From contig NIVC01001028.1 of the NCBI GenBank assembly GCA_002269645.1, forward strand, positions 61,462-125,461: 64,000 nucleotides of DNA, in the 5' to 3' direction. Each line of letters begins with the position of its first letter. The stretch's first letter is position 1. Below the pieces are notes generated by a model. The model saw only the letters and a program-made list of their open reading frames with translations, did not search any database and was not told the DNA's origin. Shown piece after piece: positions 36,359 through 46,800 of the stretch. A program made the translations under genes and the position numbers. Origin of the DNA: Macrostomum lignano. Taxonomy: Eukaryota.

Positions 36359-38716
36359 GTGTGTGTCTTTCTGTCTGTGGGTCTCTCTGTCTGTCTGTCT
36401 GTCTGTCTGTCTGTGTGTGTGTCTGTCTGTCTGTCTCCTCATCATCCTCACATTTCTAGCGATATATTTATCAATTTATTCACTGGTTCTAGCTCTCGTT
36501 TATCACACTTCCTAAGCTTAATGTGAACATAAGGAGCTAGAAAATGTAATATGTAATAAGTTGTCTTCTACAAAGGTTTTTGGTTCCTGTATGCTGGATG
36601 TGGTACTCGTTATAGTAAGATCCCAGAATCGCCTAAGCTGTATGCATGCAGTGCTAGGCCTGCTGTTATCAGACGTGATTTGTTGGGCTTGAATTTGTTG
36701 GCTGTTTCACTGGAGTCGAGCATTCGAACCTCAACTCATCTTCCCTCCTCGTTCCCCGCCCAGCATCAAGCACTACAACGCCGGTAGCGTCATCTGTCCC
36801 GTAGTTGAGCACACCGTCACGTACCTGCGCGACTGCTGCCTGGATGTCGAAGGCATATTCAGGCGGTCCTGCTCAGTCACTCTGGTGCGAGAGGTTCAAG
36901 AAAAGTACAATAAAGGTGAGAAGCTCGATTCGATTAATTAGTTTCGTAGAAAACGACATTTTACTCATGCTTTGAAGCGAGATTTTCTTAGAAAAAAGGC
37001 TGTCCCGTCGTTCCTACTAGTAGTAGTGCTGGAGCAATAGTTCAAAAAATGACTCGTTCGACTCATAAATCGCCAATCGATATATTACCTATCGATTTCG
37101 CGTTAACCTAGGATTTGTAACACAATTTCCCAGCTATGAGGGCCAAACTCCAAAGCAGAGTGTACATGCCTGACACAAGGACTAGTTAAGACTACGTTTC
37201 TTAGAAAATGTTAAGGAGGCTGATTTTCGCCAAAAAATACGCTACGGAGATAGGAAGTTCCATTTTAATAGTTTTTAGGCACAGGATATGTAGGATACAA
37301 TGCCGGGTCAAAAGATAAACATTGGGTCTGCCTCCTAGCTATCGAAAGCAATAACAAATTTAATGTGAAAAAAAAGTGAAGAGTTCCTATCTCCGTAGTG
37401 TAGCTTTAGGCAAAAACCAGGCCTCCTTAACATTTTCTAAGAAACGTAGTTTCCCGTCCTTCTACTTAAGTAGTCCTTGGCCTGACAATGACCTGACTCG
37501 CGGCATTTGCAAACTGAATCAACAACTCTCTTGGGAAAATTTCCCCTTTTTGCCGTACAGGCGAATCTGTGGAATTCCGCGACCTCGCCGATCCGCACCT
37601 GGCCGCTGTACTGTTGAAAACTTTCCTCCGCGAGCTGGCCGAGCCGCTGCTCACATTTGAGCTGTACGACGCCGTGATTGAGAATCACAGCCTGCCGGCT
37701 AAGCAGAAAGTCGGCCACGCCGCGGAGCTGGTCAGCAACCAGCTGCCTGACGATAATTACGATCTGCTCAATTATATTGTGCACTTCCTGTCAGAGGTGA
37801 GGCTCACTGCCCTACCGCCTAACTGCCGTTATGCTGCTCTTTCATTCTCATCTCTCCCCCAACATCTCTGCTTCCATCTAATCTCCTTTGAATTTTGATT
37901 CATCCCTTCTGATCTCTCCTCTGATCTCAACCCCTCTGTAATCTCACCCCTCTGATCTCAACCCCTCTGTAATCTCACCCCTCTGATCTCAACCCCTCTG
38001 TAATCTCACCCCTCTGATCTCAACCCCTCTGTAATCTCACCCCTCTGATCTCAACCCCTCTGTAATCTCACCCCTCTGATCTCAACCCCTCTGTAATCTC
38101 ACCCCTCTAGTCTCAACCCCTCTGTAATCTCACCCCTCTAGTCTCAACCCCTCTGTAATCTCACCCCTCCGGTCTGAACCCTCTGATCTCAACCCCTGTA
38201 ATCTCAACCTCTAATCTCACCACTCTGATCTCTCTCATGCCCTCTAATCTCACCCCTCTGATCTCTCTCATCCCCTCTAATCTCTCCTCTAATCTCACCC
38301 TCTGATCTCTTCGGTGATTTCACCCCTTTTATCTCAACCCTGTAGTTAAGTCTGGTCCGGCAATTAGTTTAATCTCACCCCTCTGATCTCATCCCTCTGA
38401 TTTTGTCTCTTATCCCACTTCTGATTGTCTCTTCTTTTTACAATTTTGTTGCAAAATATTCTATCATTAGTTGTGTGTCAGTCGATGAGTAGTACTATAT
38501 GCGATCGTTATTAAATATCGAATATTAATATTATCATTCAAACTGCAGGTGGCTGAGAACGCATCGAAAAACAAAATGACGGCAGTAAACCTGGGCATCG
38601 TTTTTGGCCCCAATTTAATCTGGTCTCGCCAGCAGGCTTCGCTGACCGTTATGAAGCCAATTAACTGTTTTGCCCAGCTGCTAATATCTGACTATGCTCA
38701 AATATTTCTTCGCTAA
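17996..38716 (+). CDS. ARHGAP1: BCH (Sec14-like) + RhoGAP protein, ARHGAP1/ARHGAP8 (p50RhoGAP/Cdc42GAP) family; spliced, start exon not located
   Basis: Phase-consistent GT-AG exons: 17996-18142, 29512-29562, 30570 (or 30525)-30694, 30975-31339, 31647-31748, [31883-31987 optional], 35221-35370, 36764-36915, 37561-37796, 38549-38716 (TAA). Motifs: [67 protein letters not shown] (arginine finger), [30 protein letters not shown]. Confidence 0.92.
18540..18745. repeat. About 80-bp unit x2.5 with CTCAGCCAATGAGAGAGCAGTA
   Basis: AGCCAATGAGAGAGCAGTA occurs three times (~18548, ~18627, ~18707) with shared AAAGTCAGACGGACGAA spacers. Confidence 0.85.
20387..29170 (+). repeat. 8.8-kb intronic satellite, 16-bp unit GTGTCGGAGATATGAA (about 550 copies) with higher-order block duplications
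   Basis: Continuous array with recurring variant units (GGAGTGTCAGA, GCACTGTC, GAATTGTC, GAAATGCTGG). Confidence 0.98.
29512..29562 (+). CDS. ARHGAP1: RhoGAP 51-bp exon ([17 protein letters not shown])
   Basis: TTTTCAG acceptor, phase 1-1, open and acidic like its neighbouring exons. Confidence 0.6.
30090..30470. repeat. Pyrimidine-rich degenerate minisatellite (CTCATCTAATCTCATG.../CTCATCTACTCTCAC)
   Basis: Repeated CCTCATCTA motifs in the intron. Confidence 0.7.
30722..30935. repeat. About 33-bp minisatellite (ATGGAGAATCTCATGGGGCGGAATATCCTGTCTA)
   Basis: About 6 copies filling the 280-bp intron. Confidence 0.85.
30975..31339 (+). CDS. ARHGAP1: RhoGAP BCH-domain exon
   Basis: [30 protein letters not shown]...RPLL, bounded by CCCAG and GTGAGT. 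Confidence 0.95.
31378..31575. repeat. 23-bp minisatellite (GAGTCTTGTAGAGTCTCAGTCCT)
   Basis: About 8 copies in the intron. Confidence 0.9.
32195..32655. repeat. Degenerate minisatellite (CAGCAACTGAGGATCTGGGAGGCTGGCC)
   Basis: Many variant copies in the intron. Confidence 0.85.
33576..35165. repeat. 21-bp minisatellite (TGTCCTCAATTCTGTAGCCAT), about 75 copies
   Basis: Near-perfect array ending about 55 bp before the acceptor at 35220. Confidence 0.98.
35221..35370 (+). CDS. ARHGAP1: RhoGAP linker exon (YDDSLRS...[12 protein letters not shown])
   Basis: CCACAG acceptor and CA|GTGAGT donor, phase 2-2. Carries the QFGVSL motif that precedes the GAP domain. Confidence 0.9.
35373..36435. repeat. 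Mixed (TG)n/(TCTG)n microsatellite, about 1.06 kb
   Basis: Starts immediately after the GTGAGT donor. Confidence 0.98.
36764..36915 (+). CDS. ARHGAP1: RhoGAP exon with catalytic arginine (EGIFRRS)
   Basis: [50 protein letters not shown], with GT-AG bounds. Confidence 0.92.
37176..37479. mobile_element. MITE, P-element-like (CAAGG termini, 8-bp TSD)
   Basis: About 85-100-bp imperfect TIRs CAAGGACTA... / ...TAGTCCTTG. TSD GCCTGACA at 37168-37175 and 37480-37487. Confidence 0.8.
37561..37796 (+). CDS. ARHGAP1: RhoGAP domain exon ([14 protein letters not shown])
   Basis: Conserved GAP helix, with GT-AG bounds. Confidence 0.93.
37915..38400. repeat. About 31-bp minisatellite (CTCTGATCTCAACCCCTCTGTAATCTCACCC)
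   Basis: About 8 near-perfect copies followed by degenerate ones. Confidence 0.9.
38549..38716 (+). CDS. ARHGAP1: RhoGAP terminal exon ([16 protein letters not shown])
   Basis: CTGCAG acceptor; stop TAA at 38714-38716. Confidence 0.93.
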   Translation: MAENASKNKMTAVNLGIVFGPNLIWSRQQASLTVMKPINCFAQLLISDYAQIFLR

Positions 38717-38906
38717 TCGCGTTTTTTCTACACGCAGAGTCGCCCAAATAACCACGGATTTGTTCTTTTCGCTAATATTGTTTGGTTTGTGTTTCAACTG
38801 ACTCAGTGCTTTACATAAACTACATTGGTTTCTTGTAGAATTTGGACTGCAAAATAGCTGCAAAAATTAAAGCTTACGGTAGAAAATTTTTGTGATAACC
38901 ACAGTA

Positions 38907-39312
38907 GATGGGCCACTCAGCAAATTTGCGTGCAAGCTACTTTCAGTTCAGTAGCAAATTAAAGAGAATTTTAATGTAATTTTAAAGCCAAGGCTCATTT
39001 ATTGGCTCTTACCCCCGTCTAAACCCTCCAACGGCGCCCTTCACACTACCCCGCCCTGCCCAAAATTTTTATTGCCTTTCTCGGAATTCCAGCCTAAATC
39101 TGCCATGTACATTTCAGCGGACTGGCTAATGTACATTATTGCTGAGCCAATTAGCAAGTTGCTTACGCCTGCAACCTTTTGCATATCATATCAGGTCAAG
39201 TCATATCAGCTGCCTTTATTTTTATTTAATAAAATAGCTTATGTATTCCTATTTGCTACTGATATGAAAGTAGAAAGCTGTTTAACTAGTATATATGCGT
39301 GAGTGGCCCATC
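38907..39312. mobile_element. Probable MITE, 13-bp TIRs GATGGGCCACTCA, TA flanks
   Basis: TA|GATGGGCCACTCA at 38905-38919 and TGAGTGGCCCATC|TA at 39300-39314. Confidence 0.55.
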
Positions 39313-40964
39313 TAGTTATTTCACCACAGTTTGATCGGTGTGGTGATAATGAATTCTGTCATGAGTTTGTACAGAATTGATTTGCTAATCTTTCAAATAT
39401 TTCACTACATTAGTTATATGGTCAGTGATAGGATATGATTTGCAATATTATTGCGTCTTACGCGTGTTATCTTTATTTGTTGCTTTCATGAGGTTACCTA
39501 CAGTAATGTTTGTCATTATCTGTCTCCTATTATTCAACACTCGAAGTATTCAATTGTTATTCTCGCTAGTCCCAGTGTTCAATTATTGTTACTAGTTTAA
39601 AAATAACAAAGCGAATGGTCATCTACGCTCTACGCTCTTGTTATGGATGCCGATAATGATGGTTATCTGTACGAACATTTTTTTGTTTTGATATAAAACT
39701 ATTTAACAGAGGCATTTTTTGATGCTATTTTCTTAGAGCTACAATTACGTCACTCTGGTCTCTATTTTATGAAATATAGTAGCCAGTCGTAAAAAATTCT
39801 TTAGTTACCATGTTTGTACAATATGTGTTATGTTAAGTAAATAAAATAATTATTCTGGATGTCTTGCAGCACTTTCTGAATTCTGAGCACATCTATCAAT
39901 ATTCGTTTCGTATTCCTTGGTTGTAAAATATTAGTTGTCAAATTTGCATGGAACTATCGATTTTATTGATTTATTTCGACTTTATTTTTCTGATATAGCT
40001 AAATTAATGCCATAGCTTCGGAAAAAACCATTTACATGAGAATGTCAATCTGTAGTTTAAAATCTAAAGAAATTAAAGCAAACGTTGATTCTGGACTGCC
40101 AAAAGTTGTTTCTTATCGACAGCTGGCTGAGTACGTTAAAGCAATATGCTAGACAATGGGACAGTGGCATGGGCAGTGCCTTAAATACGTAATCCAGGCA
40201 TCGAAATTCTTATTTGCTGAAGCGTACATGTACGAGCTCGTACCAACTTGCTAACAAAAGTTGCGTGTCGCGAACGAAATTTATTTTAAGGAACAAATTA
40301 TAGTTCAAAGAACAAATAAACTTAAACATATTGGTGAATGACAGCTTGCACTAAATTTTTAATTCTCTCCATGGCTGAGGGTAAACTTAGAAATCAGTGG
40401 AAAAACCCGACAAAAATCGTTGACACAGCTAAGCAAATTGTACACCCATTACTAAAAGAGACCACGAAAAAAAATTAAAAAAACATTTTTATCATGCGTA
40501 AGAATTTAGCAAACAAATTTTTAGAACACTTTTATAATTTTCCTTTTCTCTGTTTTATTGACTTCTTTGTTATTTAGTCGCTTTTTAGTCGTAGTTCAAA
40601 CGGAAAACGATCTCGAACTCTATCGAAGCATGCAAGCTTCTTTGTTGAGATGCTCTCTAAAGCAGCTCACTTTAATAAGATATTAAGATTTCGAAGACAG
40701 TAATTGTCTGTTTTTCCTGTGTCTTCACTCTTCACGGTCTCGTGAGGCTATGTTAATAAGATGGCGATCTTTCAGTTTCCCGCGTTAAATTATTTTAGGC
40801 CCTAACGCAATATTATATCAGTATTATAAAACGAGTTTGAATGGCGCAACTGCCGCAACAGACATGAGCATAGGCCCTAATAACAAAAAAAGAAAATACG
40901 ATACAAGAAGCTAGTCAGTCAGTCGCACTACAGTGGATAGTAGTGGCTAATCCAGTCCAGTATA

Positions 40965-41130
40965 GGATGTTCCCAAAGTGGTGCCATTGAACTGTTGACA
41001 CCACATGTACTCCTGCAGGTGGCTATCAAACAGTGCATTGCAGTTTCCCCATCTCCCTTCAATGGTGTTGGTATGGAGTTGGGGGGTTTTCCACTCATAC
41101 CTTGCCTGTTTATGCTTTAAGAAGATGTGG
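40965..41130 (-). pseudogene. Merlin/IS1595 (ISXO2)-type transposase C-terminal remnant
   Basis: Minus strand reads HTNTIEGRWGNCNALFDSHLQEYMWCQQF, matching the family pattern HT(N/Q)TIE..W...YL.E(Y/F)MW...F. It runs into a possible TIR, GGATGTTCCCAAAGTGGTGCC. Confidence 0.6.
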
Positions 41131-41277
41131 ATAGCTAGGCCTAGATGCCAATAGCCAAGGCTTTCTTTTCAATTTGAATTTATAGTAGACTTAGACTAGG
41201 TAGACTAGTTAATGTGTAAATCGATAGTATCTAATTGACTTACTGTATTACAGTATATCTATGCTACTTACTCTCAG

Positions 41278-41385
41278 TAAGCTTGTTACCGAATTGTTTA
41301 CAACTTGTTACCAAACTGTTCTTGGTATTATCGAACTGTCTGTTACTGAACGCGAACTGTCTGTTACCGAGTTGTCCTATCCCCA
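41278..41385. repeat. Short cluster of TGTTAC(C) motifs ending CGAGTTGTCC, resembling a transposon subterminal region
   Basis: CTTGTTACC twice, CTGTTACT, CTGTTACC and GAACTGTCT duplicates. Confidence 0.45.
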
Positions 41386-43824
41386 TTCCCCCCTAGCATA
41401 TAGCCATATAGCATAAGTATATAAATTCCCAATTGTGAATATTCAACTTTATGTCAAAAAATTTCTAACATAAATAAGGCCAGGGGATCTAGATTTCTAG
41501 ACTAGGGCCTAGGCTTATGATATGGCTAGGCCTATCTTTTCTTAAGGACTATTTAGGGCACTTAATAAAATGCAAAATCTGCAATGGAATCAGAATAGAA
41601 TAATATAGTAAAATGTGGAATCCATAATAGAATGGTTAATAGCAGAATGAATTATTGGTTTTATTAACTTCAAATAAAATGCAAATGATGCAAATGACAG
41701 GCCTAGTTAAAGTATATTATGAATTATATATATAATCTTACAATAATAAAGCCTTCTAAAATCAAAATTTGGCCAAAATACTAGAAAGAAAATTATGATA
41801 ATGTTTTCAACACCTATAGGCCCTAGCCATAGCCATAGGCTATTATTTACAAGAGAACTTCAACTTATTACTTTGAATAGGCCTAATATATGTTAATATT
41901 TTTGTTCATTTTGGTTCAATACAAAATAATACTATAATTTAATGTTTCTTTTTTAGTCAATTTAGTGTTTTGCCATAGGCCTAGCTATGCTATGGCTATG
42001 CCTATAGGATCTAGGCAAATATAATAAAAATAGGTGTCTATAGCAACTGCATATATATATGGTAAATAGCTGCTTTTATGGCTACAACTATAGAAATATA
42101 GTAGTTGTTGTCATATTCCATAGATTCCCAAGCCATAGTTATAAAAGTAAAAAAATAAACACTGTGTCTATAAGCTAGAAACCTTTTCCCTCTTTTGCTT
42201 TGTTAGAGTACTTATATTGCTACTATATTATAGGGGCCTAGTCCCTCTATATATAAAACTAAACTTTGATGTCTTAATAAATATAATATTAATGCTGCTA
42301 CCTATTAGTATATAAGTTTAATTTATAGTTATAAAGATAGGCCTATACAGTGCCATACATGATATCATCTAAATAAATTTATAAACTATCCACTATGTTA
42401 AATATGATTTGTCTCAATCTATGTATAGGTAGGCACCATGTTAAATATTTAATATGATTTACTTTTTGGCTCACCTCGGCAACGCCTTGTCCCAGCAGCA
42501 CAGGCGGACACGTTGGACGAAGCATTGGTGGATTTTTCTGCGCTGCAGGCCCCACCACGCTACCGACGGATCACCACAATGGCATACATTCCAGCAGCAT
42601 CATTATCAGCACAACCATCCACTGCTGCCGCTGCCCTCGGCCTCGGGGATGCTGGTGCCTATGATGTCAACTGGCCCACAGCGCCACCAGCCCGCAGCTC
42701 GATCTATCAGCAGCAAAGTGCTCACACTTTTGGACAGTCCCTGAACACCCGCCATCGAGCCAGCCTCTGCACGCTTTCAATTTCTGTGCTACTAACAGTT
42801 TCACATTACCAATTTAGACGCCCCAACCCAGTCATCCACTGCCAGTGACCCTTTTCTAACCCAGTCGTTTTCATTGCGTTAGTGGCAAAGTAATCGCAGC
42901 CGACCCAGCCATTTGCCACAGCAGCTGAGCTCCCGACGAGCACAATGCAAGAGCAACATCGTCTGGCTCTAGGGGGAGTTGTGTAGTGGACACATGTACT
43001 TTTGACAGAGCCAGCTACTGCTGCTCAAACTGTCTATGGCCCAAATAAACTCAAGCTGTAAAAGGCCCAGCCGTAGCACTTTATTAAAAGACAAGCGGTC
43101 TTCATCTCGCCGCATGCGAGCCGCTTCATAACATATATTTAAATATATTTAACATATTTAACAGTTAAAATATATTAATAATGTTAGGACTTATAGGAAC
43201 ATTTTTATATCTGGTTACTATGCTTAATAATATTAGCCACTAAATAACTAAGTCAAGACTTTAAAAAGACCATTCAATCTCTTGATATTATGCATGCAAG
43301 GTAGAGCAATAAAAATGAATGAATGTTGGTAGTTTTAAAGCTTTTGTGAATGAAACTATAAATCACTAATAGGTTTAGAGACTTAAGCAATAAATATTTT
43401 CAATGCCATGCCCATGTGCATATATTGTGTGGTTGGGGCTAGTCGGGGCCAAAGTTAAGATGAATACAGTTTAGCAATTCTTGTACAATAAATAAATGAG
43501 ACATTGTTAATGAGTGATTCAATGTCATAAACAGTTATAGGAATTAAGTTAAATTAATTAGCTATGTATATTGTTATAAATAGGCTATGCAAAAAATTAT
43601 AAATGGTTAAAGACTACAAAGATTTAGATATGGGAAATTTTTGGTTATTGTAGAACTCTAGAGCCAGTATCAACTTTTTATATTTATATACTTGTTTCGG
43701 TTTTGTCCAAGGTTAATTAAACTTATTTTAAATGCTCCAATTTAGCACATTAAAGAAGCACTGTGACTCAGAGAACTGACTGATCAGGAAGAGAAAAAGC
43801 AGAAGACAGAGTGAAACTCTTGCC

Positions 43825-46800
43825 ATGCTTCTGCTTCAAATTGGTCTGCGTGTGGTCCGCGGTCCCAACTGGAAATGGCAGGATCAGGACGGCGGCGAGG
43901 GTTCAGTTGGTACAGTTGTGGAAATTGGCAAATCGGTGTCTTCAACTGCTGTGGCGGCTTCGGCTGATCTGGCAGCGACAGCTTCCAGGCTGACTGGTAG
44001 CTCGAAATCTGCTACATCAGCAGCAGCATCAAACTCAGCTTCATCTTCAAGCGTGAATCACAGTAGCAGCTATAACAGCAGCGGGCCAGAGAAAACAGTT
44101 TTTGTACAATGGGACAATGGGTCGCGGACTAATTATCGGGTTGGATACCAGGGCGCCTACGATTTGAGGGTGTTCGATAGCGCGCCTGTAGGTGAGTTGG
44201 AGGGTTGTGAACTCTTCTTGACATTTTGTCCTTCCAATTGCAAAGTGGGACATATTTCTGTTTCTGTTTAGGCCCTATTTTCAGATAAATTGTTCTCATT
44301 TAAATTTATTGTAAATTAATGATGGAAAATTATTTTCTCTGTTTTCAAAAGTAAAGCTGCTCCGAGATACGCTACTGATAGTAGAAAATAAGAAATTTGA
44401 TTAGGTTTGAAGTTATTTTTGTCGCTAGATATAATAGAAAAATGTACGTACATAACATGTGTACTTCCAGAGATCACAAGTGTGTAAAGTTTAAGTTTGG
44501 ATTCTAAATAGTTCAAGTCTAAATAGTTCAAATTTAAATAAGAAAAAATTATCTAAAAGTAAATAGAACTAGATATAAAGCAGAATATGAATCAATGTTT
44601 TGACAGAACTAAATCTGTAGATTTTCTGCATCTGTATCCGCATTTTAGTATGCGAAATCCGTTCCCTATCCACATCCGTTTCCGCAGATTAGTTGGTACC
44701 GATAGAATAGTAGTCACGTGACTTCTCTCAGCCAATAGCGACTTACATGTGTGTGTGTGTGTGTGTGTGTTACCAATAGAAACAGCCAGGTGATTCCCAA
44801 AGTTGCGCATGAATGGCCCTCATGAGTTTGAATTGCACAACAAACCTCTAGATATTTTTTACACTCAGACCCCAGATGCAAGGGAAGGGAAGAAAATCCC
44901 TCCGCAAGGGAAGAAAAGTCGAAAACAGAAAAGTGCATGGCTTGCTTGCAGTTTGAATGTAAGTTTCGCAGCCTTCAAGATACAGAAAAATTATAAAAGC
45001 AACAGTTCCCCTTGACAGCTGAGGCCAGTGTATTTCCGGTTTATTTTGTAATTTTGAAGAAAAGGAGTGCAAAACAGCGACAGCAGCTAGGATGGGCGGA
45101 CAAGCTGGCTGCTTCATCCTGCAGCGGATGCTGGAGGCTGGATTCATGCGTCATTTTGTACTTTTTACTTTTTGGTTTAGTCTTTGAGATAATAATCAGC
45201 TTATTCTTTAGTTCTGTTAATTGCAGATTGAAATTTTTCCGGTTGAAATATTTTCCTTACGTGTTCGTAATTCTGAATAGGTTCTGATAAGGAGCAGTAA
45301 GTGGGCGCAGGGCCCAAACCAGTATATTTATATGACATTAAATTGCAGGAGGGGTTTGAATTGAAAATAATAAAGAGAGGGGTGGAGTGCGCGACTGAAG
45401 AGAGGTGAGAATGGAGAGCCAATCAGAAGGCAGCAAGGGAGAATAGAGATAAGAATAACAAGATTGTCATTGCTAGACAGAGAGACAGAGAAAACAGATA
45501 CAAGTGAAGGTGAACTAAGAAATGAATAGGAAAGTCGCGACACTCCCCCCATTTTTTTGAATTTTCGAGTACCAATATAATTATGAATTAGAAGTTCAAG
45601 AAACAACTTTAAAGCAAATTTAACAATGGTGTACAAATACGACTAAGAATTTCAATACAAAACCTGTGGAGACTAGAGTGAATGCAAAATTGACCAAGAG
45701 ATCTCACGTGTGCGATTTTAATGAATGAATTGTTATAACCAATAAAAAAACTGACTTCATCTACTGCATCTTTTTACCACTGATTTTCTATCGGAGCTAT
45801 TGCCGTCAGTGTTCCCACATTATTCCCAAAATTCCTTGACAACCAGGAATCGACTTTCACAACCGCTTTCTTACTGAAAAGAATCGCCCTTGACAACCAC
45901 TTTCTTACTTGAAAGAATCGTCCTTGACAATAATTTTTCCCATCTTCCACTTTTTTGAAGTTACATTTTCTGATAATGCTACTTATCAGTAATAAAGTTA
46001 AAACAAATATTTTTCATTGTGAACATTTAACCCAAAACATCGCTCCGTGCAGGCATTCGTCACACGGTGTCGTGCAGCGAATGCAATCGCCGATCGTTAG
46101 CATCAGCTGGCGGCAGTCTGTCTGCATCTTCGGGCGGTCGCAGCAGCGTCGGTGCTGTTGGCCGCAGTCCGCATCACCAGCAGCAGCAGCAGCAGCCAGT
46201 AATACAAGGCATTCGATGGACCTGCGCAGAATGCGACAATTATAGCTTGTGCTCGGCCTGTTATCACGGCGATGCGCACAATCTTGATCACGAATTCTAT
46301 CGGTTCGACTATAATAAAAGTGCCAGGTGAACTTTTTTATTAACTAACTCTATTAAGTTAGATTTGCAGTATGAGTTAATATAGTTATGCCTATGAGATT
46401 CAGGGTCGGTGTAGATTACTCAAGTGAGATTCAAGGTTATTATAGATTTAGGTGAGATTCAGGGTCAGTATAGATTGTTCAGGTGAGATTCAGGGTTAGT
46501 ATAGATTATTCAGGTGAGATTCAGGGTCAGTGTAGATTATTCAAGTGAGATTCAGGGTCAGTATAGATTATTCAGGTGAGATTCAGGGTCAGTATAGATT
46601 GTTCAGGTGAGATTCAGGGTTAGTATAGATTGTTCAGGTGAGATTCAGGGTTAGTATAGATTATTCAGGTGAGATTCAGGGTCAGTATAGATTATTCAAG
46701 TGAGATTCAGGGTCAGTATAGATTATTCAGGTGAGATTCAGGGTCAGTATAGATTATTCAAGTAAGATTCAGGGTCAGTGTAGATTATTCAAGTAAGATT

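Noticed and set aside
33230-36526. ORFs of 360-1006 aa ([25 protein letters not shown] repeats)
   Set aside because: Stop-free 21-bp and TG/TCTG repeats, open in several frames on both strands. The only real coding part is the 150-bp exon 35221-35370.
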